Source: Pseudomonadota bacterium
GTDB lineage: Bacteria > Desulfobacterota > Syntrophia > Syntrophales > UBA5619
Assembly: GCA_018819165.1 (NCBI GenBank)
Contig: JAHJQP010000020.1
Coordinates: 1 to 44,228 of the forward strand
Direction: 5' to 3'
DNA: 44,228 bases
The position numbers were made by a program, and so were the translations under genes. The notes beneath the pieces were generated by a model. It had not been told where the DNA came from. It saw only the letters and a list, made by a program, of their open reading frames with translations, and made no database searches. This document shows, one piece after another, positions 25,678 through 34,919 of the stretch; position 1 is the stretch's first letter; each line of letters begins with the position of its first letter.

Positions 25678-26331
25678 TTGCCTCACGGGACAAATCATAG
25701 CAGCATGATCGTCAGGGAGGGATTTCCGTTCATCATCCCCCTGGGGGCGGTTACCCTCGGCGCTTTCTTTGCCGGATTCACGCGGCTCTTTGCCTTGCTG
25801 CTGCTGCTTACCCTGTTCGTCATCTGGTTCTTCCGCAATCCCGAGAGAAAGACCCCCGAGGGTCAGCGTCTGGTCATTTCTCCCGCGGACGGCAAGGTGA
25901 TCCGGGTCGAAGAGACGACGAGCGATGAGTTGCCCGGCTTTTCCTTTGAGAAGATCAGTGTCTTCATGAATGTATTCAATGTTCACGTCAACAGGACTCC
26001 CTGCTCCGGAGAGGTCTTTTCCATCCGGTATCGGGCGGGGAAGTTCCTATCGGCAAATCTGGACAAGGCCTCGGAACTCAATGAGAGGAACACCGTTCTG
26101 ATCCGGACGGCGGACGGGCGGGAGATCATAACGGTCCAGATCGCCGGGTTGATCGCGCGAAGAATCGTCTGCTGGCTGAAGGAGGGCATGCAGGTTCAAA
26201 AAGGGGAACGGTTCGGTCTGATCCGTTTCGGTTCACGGGTCGAAGTATTTCTGCCGCTCGGCTCGACTATCCTCGTCAGGGTGGGGGATAAGGTCAGGGC
26301 GGGCGAGACGCCCATAGGAGAGTTGACATGA
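25678..26331 (+). CDS. psd: Phosphatidylserine decarboxylase proenzyme (short type)
   Basis: FGSRVEVFLP self-cleavage region. TTG start after GAGGAGGAGGG. Confidence 0.85.
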   Translation: MPHGTNHSSMIVREGFPFIIPLGAVTLGAFFAGFTRLFALLLLLTLFVIWFFRNPERKTPEGQRLVISPADGKVIRVEETTSDELPGFSFEKISVFMNVFNVHVNRTPCSGEVFSIRYRAGKFLSANLDKASELNERNTVLIRTADGREIITVQIAGLIARRIVCWLKEGMQVQKGERFGLIRFGSRVEVFLPLGSTILVRVGDKVRAGETPIGELT

Positions 26332-27110
26332 AAAAGGTAACCTCGTTCAGGCGGGACCGCATGAAAATGGGGATCTATGTCCTGCCGAATCTTTTTACAA
26401 CAGCCAATCTGTTCTGTGGATTCTACTCCATCATCGCCGCCATGAAGGGTTTGTATGAAATTGCGGCAGTCTCGATTCTCATCGCCGTCATTCTGGACGG
26501 CCTGGACGGACGAATTGCCCGGATGACCCATACGACAAGCAAATTCGGCGGTGAATATGACTCGCTTTGCGATCTGGTCACATTCGGCGTGGCTCCGGCT
26601 CTGCTCGTCTACAGCTGGTCGCTGATTTCCTACGGAAAATGGGGGTGGCTGGCGGCATTCCTCTTCGTGGCCTGCGGGGCGCTCCGCCTCGCCAGGTTCA
26701 ATGTCCAGGTCGGGATCATCGACAGCCGTGTATTCAACGGCCTGCCCATACCCGGAGGCGCTGCGGCGGTGGCCACCGGCGTTCTGCTGTATTACTACCT
26801 CGGAGGCGACGGGCGCTTTTCGGATCTGTCGATCATGTTCGCCGTGATCGTCCTGTCGCTCTTCATGGTCAGCAGCATCAAGTATTACAGCTTCAAGAAC
26901 CTTAATTTTTTCTCACGCAAGCCTTTTATGTCCTTTGTCATGATCATCGTGATCCTTGTGATCGTCGTGGCGGAACCTCAGATCATGTTGTTCACATTCG
27001 CATTCGGCTATGGTTTTTCCGGTCCGGCGTGGGCGCTTTTCAAGTTGGGCCGTAAGTGCTTGACGGATATCAGGACAAAGAAGTCTCAGTATCAGGATCA
27101 TCTGCTGTAA
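26328..27110 (+). CDS. pssA: CDP-diacylglycerol--serine O-phosphatidyltransferase
   Basis: CDP-alcohol phosphatidyltransferase motif DGLDGRIAR...GGEYDSLCD. ATGA overlap with psd. Confidence 0.88.
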   Translation: MKKVTSFRRDRMKMGIYVLPNLFTTANLFCGFYSIIAAMKGLYEIAAVSILIAVILDGLDGRIARMTHTTSKFGGEYDSLCDLVTFGVAPALLVYSWSLISYGKWGWLAAFLFVACGALRLARFNVQVGIIDSRVFNGLPIPGGAAAVATGVLLYYYLGGDGRFSDLSIMFAVIVLSLFMVSSIKYYSFKNLNFFSRKPFMSFVMIIVILVIVVAEPQIMLFTFAFGYGFSGPAWALFKLGRKCLTDIRTKKSQYQDHLL

Positions 27111-27180
27111 GCAGCGCCGCGGGTGAGAGATACGGACTGCTTTGGAAAATCGAAGAATAATGGATATCGGAGAGTGTAGC

Positions 27181-28197
27181 ATGAAAAACTACCATGTGGC
27201 CGTTGTGGGAGCCACGGGCGCCGTTGGCAATGAGATGATCAGGATTCTCGAAGAGCGCCGGTTTCCGGTGGGGAAGCTGACGCTTCTCGCGTCGGAAAGA
27301 TCTCTTGGGAAAGAATTATCATTCCGGGGGAAGCCCCTGCCGGTGGAAGTACTCACCGAAAATTCCTTCCCGGGGATCGAAATCGGCCTTTTCTCGGCGG
27401 GCGGGAGCATCAGCGAGAAGTTCGCACCCATTGCCGCCAGGGCCGGGTGCGTGGTCATCGACAACACGAGCGCTTTCCGGATGGTGCCGGAAATACCGCT
27501 GGTCGTGCCGGAAGTGAATCCGGAGGCGATTGCGCTTTACAAGAACCGGGGAATTATCGCCAATCCGAACTGTTCCACCATTCAGATGGTCGTCGCCCTG
27601 AAACCGATCCACGATGCGGTGAGGATAAAACGGATTGTGGTCTCCACGTACCAGGCCGTTTCCGGAACGGGGAAAAGGGCGATCGAAGAGCTTTCCCTGC
27701 AGACCCGGGCCCTCCTTAACGCCCAGGAGCCGGAAATCAAGGTCTATCCGCACCGCATCGCCTTCAACTGCCTTCCCCACATCGACATTTTCCTGGAAAA
27801 CGGCTATACGAAGGAAGAGATGAAGATGGTCAATGAGACCAGGAAGATCATGAACGATCCCGGCATTGCGGTTACTGCGACGACGGTGCGGGTGCCCGTT
27901 TTCTACGGTCATTCCGAGTCCGTCAACATTGAAACGGAGAAGAAAATCACCGCGGCGGAGGTCCGGAGGCTTTTAGAGGAGGCGCCAGGGGTCAGGGTGG
28001 TCGATAACCCCCGGGAAAACCAGTATCCGCTGGCGATAGACGCCGCCGGAACCGATGAGACCCTGGTTGGAAGGATCAGGGAAGACGAATCCATCCCTAA
28101 CGGCATCAACATGTGGGTGGTCGCGGATAATATCCGAAAGGGCGCTGCCTTGAACGCCGTCCAGATTGCCGAAATCCTGATCAGCAGATATCTATGA
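27181..28197 (+). CDS. asd: Aspartate-semialdehyde dehydrogenase
   Basis: Contains VAVVGATGAVG, NPNCSTI and YQAVSGTG. Confidence 0.95.
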   Translation: MKNYHVAVVGATGAVGNEMIRILEERRFPVGKLTLLASERSLGKELSFRGKPLPVEVLTENSFPGIEIGLFSAGGSISEKFAPIAARAGCVVIDNTSAFRMVPEIPLVVPEVNPEAIALYKNRGIIANPNCSTIQMVVALKPIHDAVRIKRIVVSTYQAVSGTGKRAIEELSLQTRALLNAQEPEIKVYPHRIAFNCLPHIDIFLENGYTKEEMKMVNETRKIMNDPGIAVTATTVRVPVFYGHSESVNIETEKKITAAEVRRLLEEAPGVRVVDNPRENQYPLAIDAAGTDETLVGRIREDESIPNGINMWVVADNIRKGAALNAVQIAEILISRYL

Positions 28198-28754
28198 GGA
28201 TCAGCGGGGGGGAAGCAAGAGGAAGGACGATCCGCCTTCTCAAGGGATGCCGCATCCGGCCCACCGCCGAGAGGATCAAAGAATCGCTGTTTGGTATTAT
28301 CTCGCCTGTCACGGGGGGAGCATTCCTCGATCTTTTTGCAGGCAGCGGCAATGTCGGGCTGGAGGCCCTGAGCAGGGGGGCGCGTTTTGCGGTATTTGTG
28401 GAAAAGGATATCCGCCTGGCCGATGCGATCCGGACGAACATCTCTCTGCTTGGGTTCGCCGGGAAGGGGGAAGTCATCGCCGCAGATGCGGCAATGGGAC
28501 TGGGGCGTCTTGCAAAAAGGGGTGATCGGTTCGAAATCATCTTTGCCGATCCACCCTATGAAACCGCTTATCTTAAGGAAACTCTGGGGTGGCTGGAGGG
28601 GGGGGATGTTTTGGCCGAGAACGGCATCGTCGTGATCCAGCATTCGGTGAGAGAAGCATTGGAAGAATCGTACGTACGAGCAATGGCGGTAACTGATCAG
28701 AGACGGTACGGTGACACGATGTTGTCTTTCCTCAAAAAACGCGGAGAGGAATAA
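28194..28754 (+). CDS. rsmD: 16S rRNA (guanine966-N2)-methyltransferase RsmD
   Basis: Contains RPTAERIKESLF, DLFAGSGNVGLEALSRGA and FADPPY. Confidence 0.88.
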   Translation: MRISGGEARGRTIRLLKGCRIRPTAERIKESLFGIISPVTGGAFLDLFAGSGNVGLEALSRGARFAVFVEKDIRLADAIRTNISLLGFAGKGEVIAADAAMGLGRLAKRGDRFEIIFADPPYETAYLKETLGWLEGGDVLAENGIVVIQHSVREALEESYVRAMAVTDQRRYGDTMLSFLKKRGEE

Positions 28755-28759
28755 AGCTC

Positions 28760-29260
28760 ATGAAAAAAATAGCGGTATATCCCGGTTCTTTCGATCCGAT
28801 CACCAATGGTCATGTGGACATCATCAAACGGGCTCTCCGGATGTTTGATGAACTGATCGTTCTCATCGCCTTCAATCCGAACAAGAAATCGGTCTTTTCC
28901 GTAGCAGAAAGACTGGAGATGATCCAGGGAGTGATCAGGGGCTGTAAGAATGTCCGCGTCGACACTTACCACGGACTCCTGGTGGAATATGCTAAAAGGG
29001 AGGGGGCGAACGTGATTGTCCGGGGTCTCCGCGCCCTTTCCGATTTCGAGTACGAATTTCAGCTCGCCCTGATCAATCGGAAATTGAATAGGGAGATCGA
29101 GACCGTCTTTCTTATGACCGGCTACAGATGGTTTTATACCAGTTCGACAATCATCAATGAGGCGGCCAGTCTTGGCGGTTCCGTCAAGGGACTTGTGCCG
29201 GAGATCGTTAATCAGAAACTGCAGGAAAAATTTCATCCATCCATAAAGGAGATACCATGA
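28760..29260 (+). CDS. coaD: Phosphopantetheine adenylyltransferase
   Basis: Contains AVYPGSFDPITNGHVDII. Confidence 0.95.
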   Translation: MKKIAVYPGSFDPITNGHVDIIKRALRMFDELIVLIAFNPNKKSVFSVAERLEMIQGVIRGCKNVRVDTYHGLLVEYAKREGANVIVRGLRALSDFEYEFQLALINRKLNREIETVFLMTGYRWFYTSSTIINEAASLGGSVKGLVPEIVNQKLQEKFHPSIKEIP

Positions 29261-30453
29261 AACTCGCAGCCAGGATTTCGCTTATCAAACCGTCGCCTAC
29301 CCTGACCATTCAGGCCAAGGCCAACGCCCTGAAGGCGGCGGGCAGGGACATCATCGGCTTCGGCGCCGGCGAACCGGATTTTGATACGCCCCGGAACATC
29401 AAGGATGCCGCCATCCGTGCCATCGAGGCAGGGTTTACGAAATACACCCCCGTGGGCGGTACGGATGAGCTCAAGGATGCGGTGATCGCCAAACTTCAGC
29501 GGGACAACCAGCTTGCCTACAAGCGTTCGGAGGTGGTCATCTCCTGCGGGGCGAAGCACTCGCTCTTCAATGTCGCCCAGGTCCTGTTCGAAGAGGGAGA
29601 TGAGGTCCTGATTCCTTCACCCTACTGGGTATCATACACCGACATCGTTTACCTGACCGGGGCGAAACCGGTGGTCATCAAGACGAACATCGAAGACGGT
29701 TTCAAGCTCCAGCCGTCGCAGTTGGAGGCGGCCATCACGCCCAGAACCAGGGCGATCATCATCAGCTATCCCTCCAACCCGGCCGGCGTTTCATACAGCC
29801 GGGAGGAACTGGAAGCCCTGGCAGAGGTTATCATTCGCAGGGGAATCATGGTGATCTCGGACGACATCTATGAGAAGATCATCTACGACGATGCCAGCCC
29901 GTTCTATACGATGGCCTCGCTCGGCGAAGAGCTGAAGCGGATCTCAATCGTCGTAAACGGCGTCTCAAAGACCTATGCAATGACGGGCTGGAGAATCGGC
30001 TATGCGGCAGGAGATGAGGAGATCATCGCTGCCATGACGAAGTATCAGAGTCAGAACACCTCCAACCCTACCTCTATCGCCCAGAAAGCGGCCGTCGAGG
30101 CTCTCAACGGTTCTCAGGAGAGTTTGCCGATGATGGTGCGCGAATTTCAGAAGCGGCGCGATGTCATCGTGGCGAAACTGAATGCCATCCCCGGTGTCGC
30201 CTGCCTGAAACCGGTGGGGGCCTTCTACGTCTTTCCCAACGTTTCTTCTTTCTACGGCCGTTTGCTCGAGGGGAGAATCATCACCAATTCGGCCGAGATG
30301 GCGGCTTATCTGCTGGACGAATCCAATGTGGCCCTCGTCCCGGGCGGGGATTTCGGTCATGACGATCACATCCGCATCTCTTATGCCACTTCTATGGAAC
30401 AGATTGAGAAAGGGGTGGATCGGATCAGGGAGGCCCTCCGGAAATTGTCCTGA
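29257..30453 (+). CDS. Aspartate aminotransferase (class I PLP-dependent)
   Basis: Contains FGAGEPDFDTP and the PLP-lysine region SKTYAMTGWRIGY. Confidence 0.9.
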   Translation: MKLAARISLIKPSPTLTIQAKANALKAAGRDIIGFGAGEPDFDTPRNIKDAAIRAIEAGFTKYTPVGGTDELKDAVIAKLQRDNQLAYKRSEVVISCGAKHSLFNVAQVLFEEGDEVLIPSPYWVSYTDIVYLTGAKPVVIKTNIEDGFKLQPSQLEAAITPRTRAIIISYPSNPAGVSYSREELEALAEVIIRRGIMVISDDIYEKIIYDDASPFYTMASLGEELKRISIVVNGVSKTYAMTGWRIGYAAGDEEIIAAMTKYQSQNTSNPTSIAQKAAVEALNGSQESLPMMVREFQKRRDVIVAKLNAIPGVACLKPVGAFYVFPNVSSFYGRLLEGRIITNSAEMAAYLLDESNVALVPGGDFGHDDHIRISYATSMEQIEKGVDRIREALRKLS

Positions 30454-30534
30454 CGACGGGCGGAGTGGCGGATACTCGCGCACGCAGGCTTTCCTTTCCA
30501 CTTTTAAATTCCAACGCATAACCGGGCGGATGAT

Positions 30535-31941
30535 ATGGGCGGCATATTCGGCGTAGTATCAGATGATTGTGCGAAGACCCTCTTTTACGGAACGGATTAC
30601 CATTCCCATTTAGGGACTGAGAGTGCGGGACTGGCAGTTTTGGGGGCAAGCGGTTTTTACAACACGATCCACAGCATCAGCCAGGCCCAGTTCAAGTCCC
30701 GCTTCGCCGACGATTACAAAGGGATGCAGGGCGCCATGGGCATCGGCGCTATCGATGACGAATCCCCGCAGCCCCTGATCATCCGTTCGAAGTTCGGGAC
30801 CTATGCCCTGGCCGCAACCGGGCTCATCACCAACAAGGATCAACTGACCCTCAATCTCCTCCGCGAGGGGGCATCGTTCAGCGAGATGGCGGGCGGGGGC
30901 GTCAACAGCGTGGAACTCGTCGCCAAGTTGATCAACCGGGGCGACGACATCGTCGATGGAATCGTCAGGATGCAGAACGCCATTGAGGGATCTGTCTGTC
31001 TGCTTTTGATGACGACGGAAGGCCTCTACGCAGCCCGGGACAGGTATGGGCGATTTCCCCTGTCCATCGGAAGAAATATACGGTCTGATAGCCCACCCCC
31101 GGGATTTGCTGCGGCGACCGAATCGAGTTCCTTTCCCAATCTCGGTTACGAACAGATCCGCTCGCTTGGACCAGGCGAGATCGTTCGCTTAGACGGCAAT
31201 GGAATCCGCGACGAGCATCCGGCCGGCAATGAAAGGCACGTCTGCGCTTTCCTTTGGATCTACACAGGAGACCCCGCGTCGGTTTATGAAGGGATCAGTG
31301 TCGAAAAGGCCAGGGAGAGGTGCGGACAGGCCATGGCCAGTGGCGATGAAGTGGAGGCGGACTTCGTGACTGGCCTCCCTGATTCGGGCGTCGGCCATGC
31401 CATCGGCTATGCAATGGAGTCCGGACTTCCCTACCGCCGACCCCTGGTAAAATATACGCCTGGTTACGGAAGAAGCTATACGCCCCCTTCCCAGGACATC
31501 CGGGATATTGTTGCGACCATGAAGCTCAATGCCGTCCGTGACGTAATCCAGGGCAGCCGGATGGTGGTCTGCGACGATTCGATCGTCCGGGGAACGCAGA
31601 TGAAGAATTACACCATCCGGAAACTGTGGGACAACGGGGCGAAAGAGATTCATGTCCGCCCGGCCTGTCCGCCTCTGATGTTTCCCTGCCGCTTTGCCTC
31701 TTCCACAAGATCCGCCGCCGAACTGGCCACCCACCGCGCGATACGCGCCCTGGAAGGAGAGACAACGGAGAGCCTCGAGGAATATCTCGACCATCGTACG
31801 GCCCGATACCGGAGTATGGTCGAATGGATCCGGCGGGATCTGAACGTCACCTCCCTTAAATATATCCATATCGAGGAGATGATTGCGGCCATCGGTCTGC
31901 CCGAGGAGCAGCTCTGCCTCTACTGCTGGTGTGGCCGGTAG
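30535..31941 (+). CDS. Amidophosphoribosyltransferase-like protein lacking the N-terminal nucleophile Cys
   Basis: PurF-like length and PRPP motif VVCDDSIVRGTQ. The N-terminus is MGGIFGV rather than MCGI, and LQHRGQ is replaced by YHSHLGTESAG. Confidence 0.8.
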   Translation: MGGIFGVVSDDCAKTLFYGTDYHSHLGTESAGLAVLGASGFYNTIHSISQAQFKSRFADDYKGMQGAMGIGAIDDESPQPLIIRSKFGTYALAATGLITNKDQLTLNLLREGASFSEMAGGGVNSVELVAKLINRGDDIVDGIVRMQNAIEGSVCLLLMTTEGLYAARDRYGRFPLSIGRNIRSDSPPPGFAAATESSSFPNLGYEQIRSLGPGEIVRLDGNGIRDEHPAGNERHVCAFLWIYTGDPASVYEGISVEKARERCGQAMASGDEVEADFVTGLPDSGVGHAIGYAMESGLPYRRPLVKYTPGYGRSYTPPSQDIRDIVATMKLNAVRDVIQGSRMVVCDDSIVRGTQMKNYTIRKLWDNGAKEIHVRPACPPLMFPCRFASSTRSAAELATHRAIRALEGETTESLEEYLDHRTARYRSMVEWIRRDLNVTSLKYIHIEEMIAAIGLPEEQLCLYCWCGR

Positions 31942-31998
31942 GGTCTTTGGAAGAGGGTTAACGAATTTGCGGCATTTTGGGAGAGCGGGGGTATTTTT

Positions 31999-33066
31999 TT
32001 GAGTTCGCTTATCCATAGAAGAAAAACAAGGCCGGTTTTTGTCGGCGGCGTGCAGATCGGCGGCGAGGCGCCGGTAGTGGTCCAGTCCATGACCTCCTCC
32101 GACACGCGGGACGTCCGGGCCACGGTCGAGCAGATCCGGGAGCTGGAGGAGGCCGGCTGTGAAATCGTCCGGGTGGCCGTTCCCGATGAAGCGGCCGCCG
32201 CCGCTATCCGGGAGATCAGATCCCTCATCCGCATCCCCCTGATTGCCGATATCCATTTCCGTCATCAACTGGCCCTGCTGGCGATGAATCACGGGGCGGA
32301 CGGCATCCGGATCAATCCCGGCAATATCTCCCCGGATGGAATCCGGGAAATCGTGAGGATGGCCAGGGCAAACGGCAAGGTCATCCGGATAGGAATCAAT
32401 GCCGGATCCCTCGAGAAGGAGATCTTTATCCGCCATGGGGGAGCGACAGCCGAGGCCCTCGTGGAGAGCGCCCTGAAGAATATCCGTCTCCTTGAAGAGA
32501 TGGACTTTGACGCCATCAAACTCTCCCTGAAATCCTCTGCTGTGGCGACCACGATAGAGGCCTACCGGCTCGCTGCCGGGAAGACGGACTATCCTCTCCA
32601 TCTTGGCGTCACGGAGGCCGGAACGCTCGTCCAGGCGGCCATTAAATCGGCCATCGGCATCGGGACGCTCCTGTATGACGGGATAGGCGACACCATCCGC
32701 GTTTCCGTCACGGGCCATCCCGTTCAGGAGATCGGGGTGGCCTACGGTATCCTCCGGGCCCTCAATATCAGGAATGTCGGGCCGGATATTATCGCCTGTC
32801 CGACCTGCGGGCGTTGCGAGATCGATCTTGCCAAACTGGCCCAGAGGGTGGAAGGTGAATTGAAGGGGATGAAGAGCCCCCTGAAGATCGCCCTCATGGG
32901 GTGCGTCGTCAACGGTCCGGGAGAGGCTGCCGAAGCGGATATCGGTATTGCCGGGGGAAGGGGGTCGGGAATCCTCTTTAAGAAGGGCAAGGTCGTCCGG
33001 AAGATCCGCGAGGAGGAATTTGTCCCGGTGCTGATGGCCGAGATCGCGAAGATGGCCGCGGAATAA
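31999..33066 (+). CDS. ispG: 4-hydroxy-3-methylbut-2-en-1-yl diphosphate synthase
   Basis: Contains [26 protein letters not shown] and the Cys motifs CPTCGRC and [12 protein letters not shown] start. Confidence 0.92.
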   Translation: MSSLIHRRKTRPVFVGGVQIGGEAPVVVQSMTSSDTRDVRATVEQIRELEEAGCEIVRVAVPDEAAAAAIREIRSLIRIPLIADIHFRHQLALLAMNHGADGIRINPGNISPDGIREIVRMARANGKVIRIGINAGSLEKEIFIRHGGATAEALVESALKNIRLLEEMDFDAIKLSLKSSAVATTIEAYRLAAGKTDYPLHLGVTEAGTLVQAAIKSAIGIGTLLYDGIGDTIRVSVTGHPVQEIGVAYGILRALNIRNVGPDIIACPTCGRCEIDLAKLAQRVEGELKGMKSPLKIALMGCVVNGPGEAAEADIGIAGGRGSGILFKKGKVVRKIREEEFVPVLMAEIAKMAAE

Positions 33067-33067
33067 G

Positions 33068-33112
33068 GGGACAGCGCCCCTATTTTTCTCTAAAAAATAG
33101 GGGCGCTGTCCC
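33068..33112. terminator. Long perfect palindrome; likely bidirectional terminator between ispG and proS
   Basis: GGGACAGCGCCCCTATTTT...AAAATAGGGGCGCTGTCCC, about 19-20 bp perfect arms around a short CTCT-containing loop. Confidence 0.6.
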
Positions 33113-33134
33113 TAAACGGCAACAAGGAGGTTGC

Positions 33135-34850
33135 ATGCGTTATTCGGAGCTGTTCCTGCCCACGGGAAGGGAGGTCCCTTCCGATGCGGAACTTGTCAGT
33201 CATCAGCTGATGATCCGGGCAGGAATGATGAGAAAACTGACCAGCGGAATCTATTCCTATCTTCCCCTGGGTTACCGGGTGATCCGCAAGGTCGAGCAGA
33301 TTGTCCGGGAAGAGATGAACCGGGCAGGGGCCCAGGAGGTATTCCTGCCTATGGTTCAGCCCGCCGAGCTCTGGCAGGAATCGGGCCGGTGGATCCATTA
33401 CGGCAAGGAGCTGCTCCGCCTCCGCGATCGCCATGACCGTGAATACTGTCTCGGGCCGACGCACGAGGAGGTGATCACCGATCTGGTCCGCAACGAGATC
33501 AAAACGTACCGGCAGCTCCCGAGAAATCTCTACCAGATCCAGACGAAGTTTCGCGATGAGATCCGGCCCCGGTTCGGGGTGATGCGCTGCCGGGAATTCG
33601 GGATGAAGGACGCCTACAGTTTCGATCCGGATGAGGCGGGCGCCGAGGTCAGTTACCGGAAGATGTTCGACGCCTACAACCGGATTTTTACGCGCTGCGG
33701 TCTGAACTTTCGGCCGGTGGAGGCGGATTCGGGGAGCATCGGCGGGAGTTATTCCCACGAATTCATGGTGATGGCCGATTCAGGAGAGGACGCGATCTGC
33801 TTCTGCAACGCCTGTCAGTACGCGGCCAATCTGGAGAAGGCCGAGCTCGCGAAACCCGAGGCGGAATTGCCGGCGGGATCGGCTCTTCTCCTTGAGGAGG
33901 TGCACACCCCGGGGGTGCAGACGATTGAAGAGGTCTGCGGTTACCTCCATGTCCGACCGGAAGAGGTTGTCAAGACCCTGATCTTCGCTGCGGACGGAGA
34001 GCCCGTGGCCGTACTGATCCGCGGGGATCGCGAGGTAAACGAGGTTAAGGTCCGGAACTATCTGGGTTGTGATGCCCTGGAACTCGCCTCGGATGACATG
34101 ATTTTCAAGGTGACCCGTTCCCCCCGAGGTTTTGCAGGCGCAATCGGCATCAAGGCCAGGATCATCGCCGATTATTCGCTCATCGGAGCGAGCGCCGTCG
34201 TCATGGGAGCAAATCGGGAGGATTATCATCTTAGCCATGTAAATCCGGGAAGGGATTTTAAGGTTGAAAATTATGCCGATCTGTGCGTGATCCGCCGGAG
34301 CGATCCCTGTCCCCGCTGTGGGGGGAAGATCAGCTTCGCCCGCGGGATCGAGGTCGGGCATGTATTCAAACTGGGAACAAAATACAGCAAAGCCATGAAG
34401 GCTCTCTATCTCGATCGGAACGGCCGGGAGCAGACCATGGTGATGGGTTGTTACGGCATCGGCATCGGCCGAACAGTCGCCGCCGCCATCGAACAGAACC
34501 ATGACGCCGACGGGATCGTCTGGCCTCTGCCGCTCGCCCCCTATCCGGTCATCATCACCCCGGTGAATGTGAATGAGAAACCGCTGTTGGAGACGGCGGA
34601 AAAAATCTACCTCTCCTTAGTGGAAAAAGGGGTGGACGTCCTTCTTGATGACCGCGACGAACGGGCGGGCGTCAAATTCAAGGATGCCGACCTCATCGGC
34701 ATCCCCTTCCGGGTGACGATCGGTCCCAAGAAACTGTCCGAAGGGAAGGTGGAAATCAGATACCGGCGATCCGGAGAGGTCAAGACCCTTACGGTTTCCG
34801 AAGTCGAGGCGTTTCTTATGGAGCGCATCAGCGAAAAATGTGAGGTGTGA
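33135..34850 (+). CDS. proS: Proline--tRNA ligase
   Basis: A 571-aa protein starting [10 protein letters not shown]. Class II motifs and an editing-domain insertion. Confidence 0.96.
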   Translation: MRYSELFLPTGREVPSDAELVSHQLMIRAGMMRKLTSGIYSYLPLGYRVIRKVEQIVREEMNRAGAQEVFLPMVQPAELWQESGRWIHYGKELLRLRDRHDREYCLGPTHEEVITDLVRNEIKTYRQLPRNLYQIQTKFRDEIRPRFGVMRCREFGMKDAYSFDPDEAGAEVSYRKMFDAYNRIFTRCGLNFRPVEADSGSIGGSYSHEFMVMADSGEDAICFCNACQYAANLEKAELAKPEAELPAGSALLLEEVHTPGVQTIEEVCGYLHVRPEEVVKTLIFAADGEPVAVLIRGDREVNEVKVRNYLGCDALELASDDMIFKVTRSPRGFAGAIGIKARIIADYSLIGASAVVMGANREDYHLSHVNPGRDFKVENYADLCVIRRSDPCPRCGGKISFARGIEVGHVFKLGTKYSKAMKALYLDRNGREQTMVMGCYGIGIGRTVAAAIEQNHDADGIVWPLPLAPYPVIITPVNVNEKPLLETAEKIYLSLVEKGVDVLLDDRDERAGVKFKDADLIGIPFRVTIGPKKLSEGKVEIRYRRSGEVKTLTVSEVEAFLMERISEKCEV

Positions 34851-34919
34851 AGAGTGAGGTGTAAAGCGTGAAACCCTCCTTGCTCTTTACTCCTTACACC
34901 TTGAAGGACTGTAGCCCCC

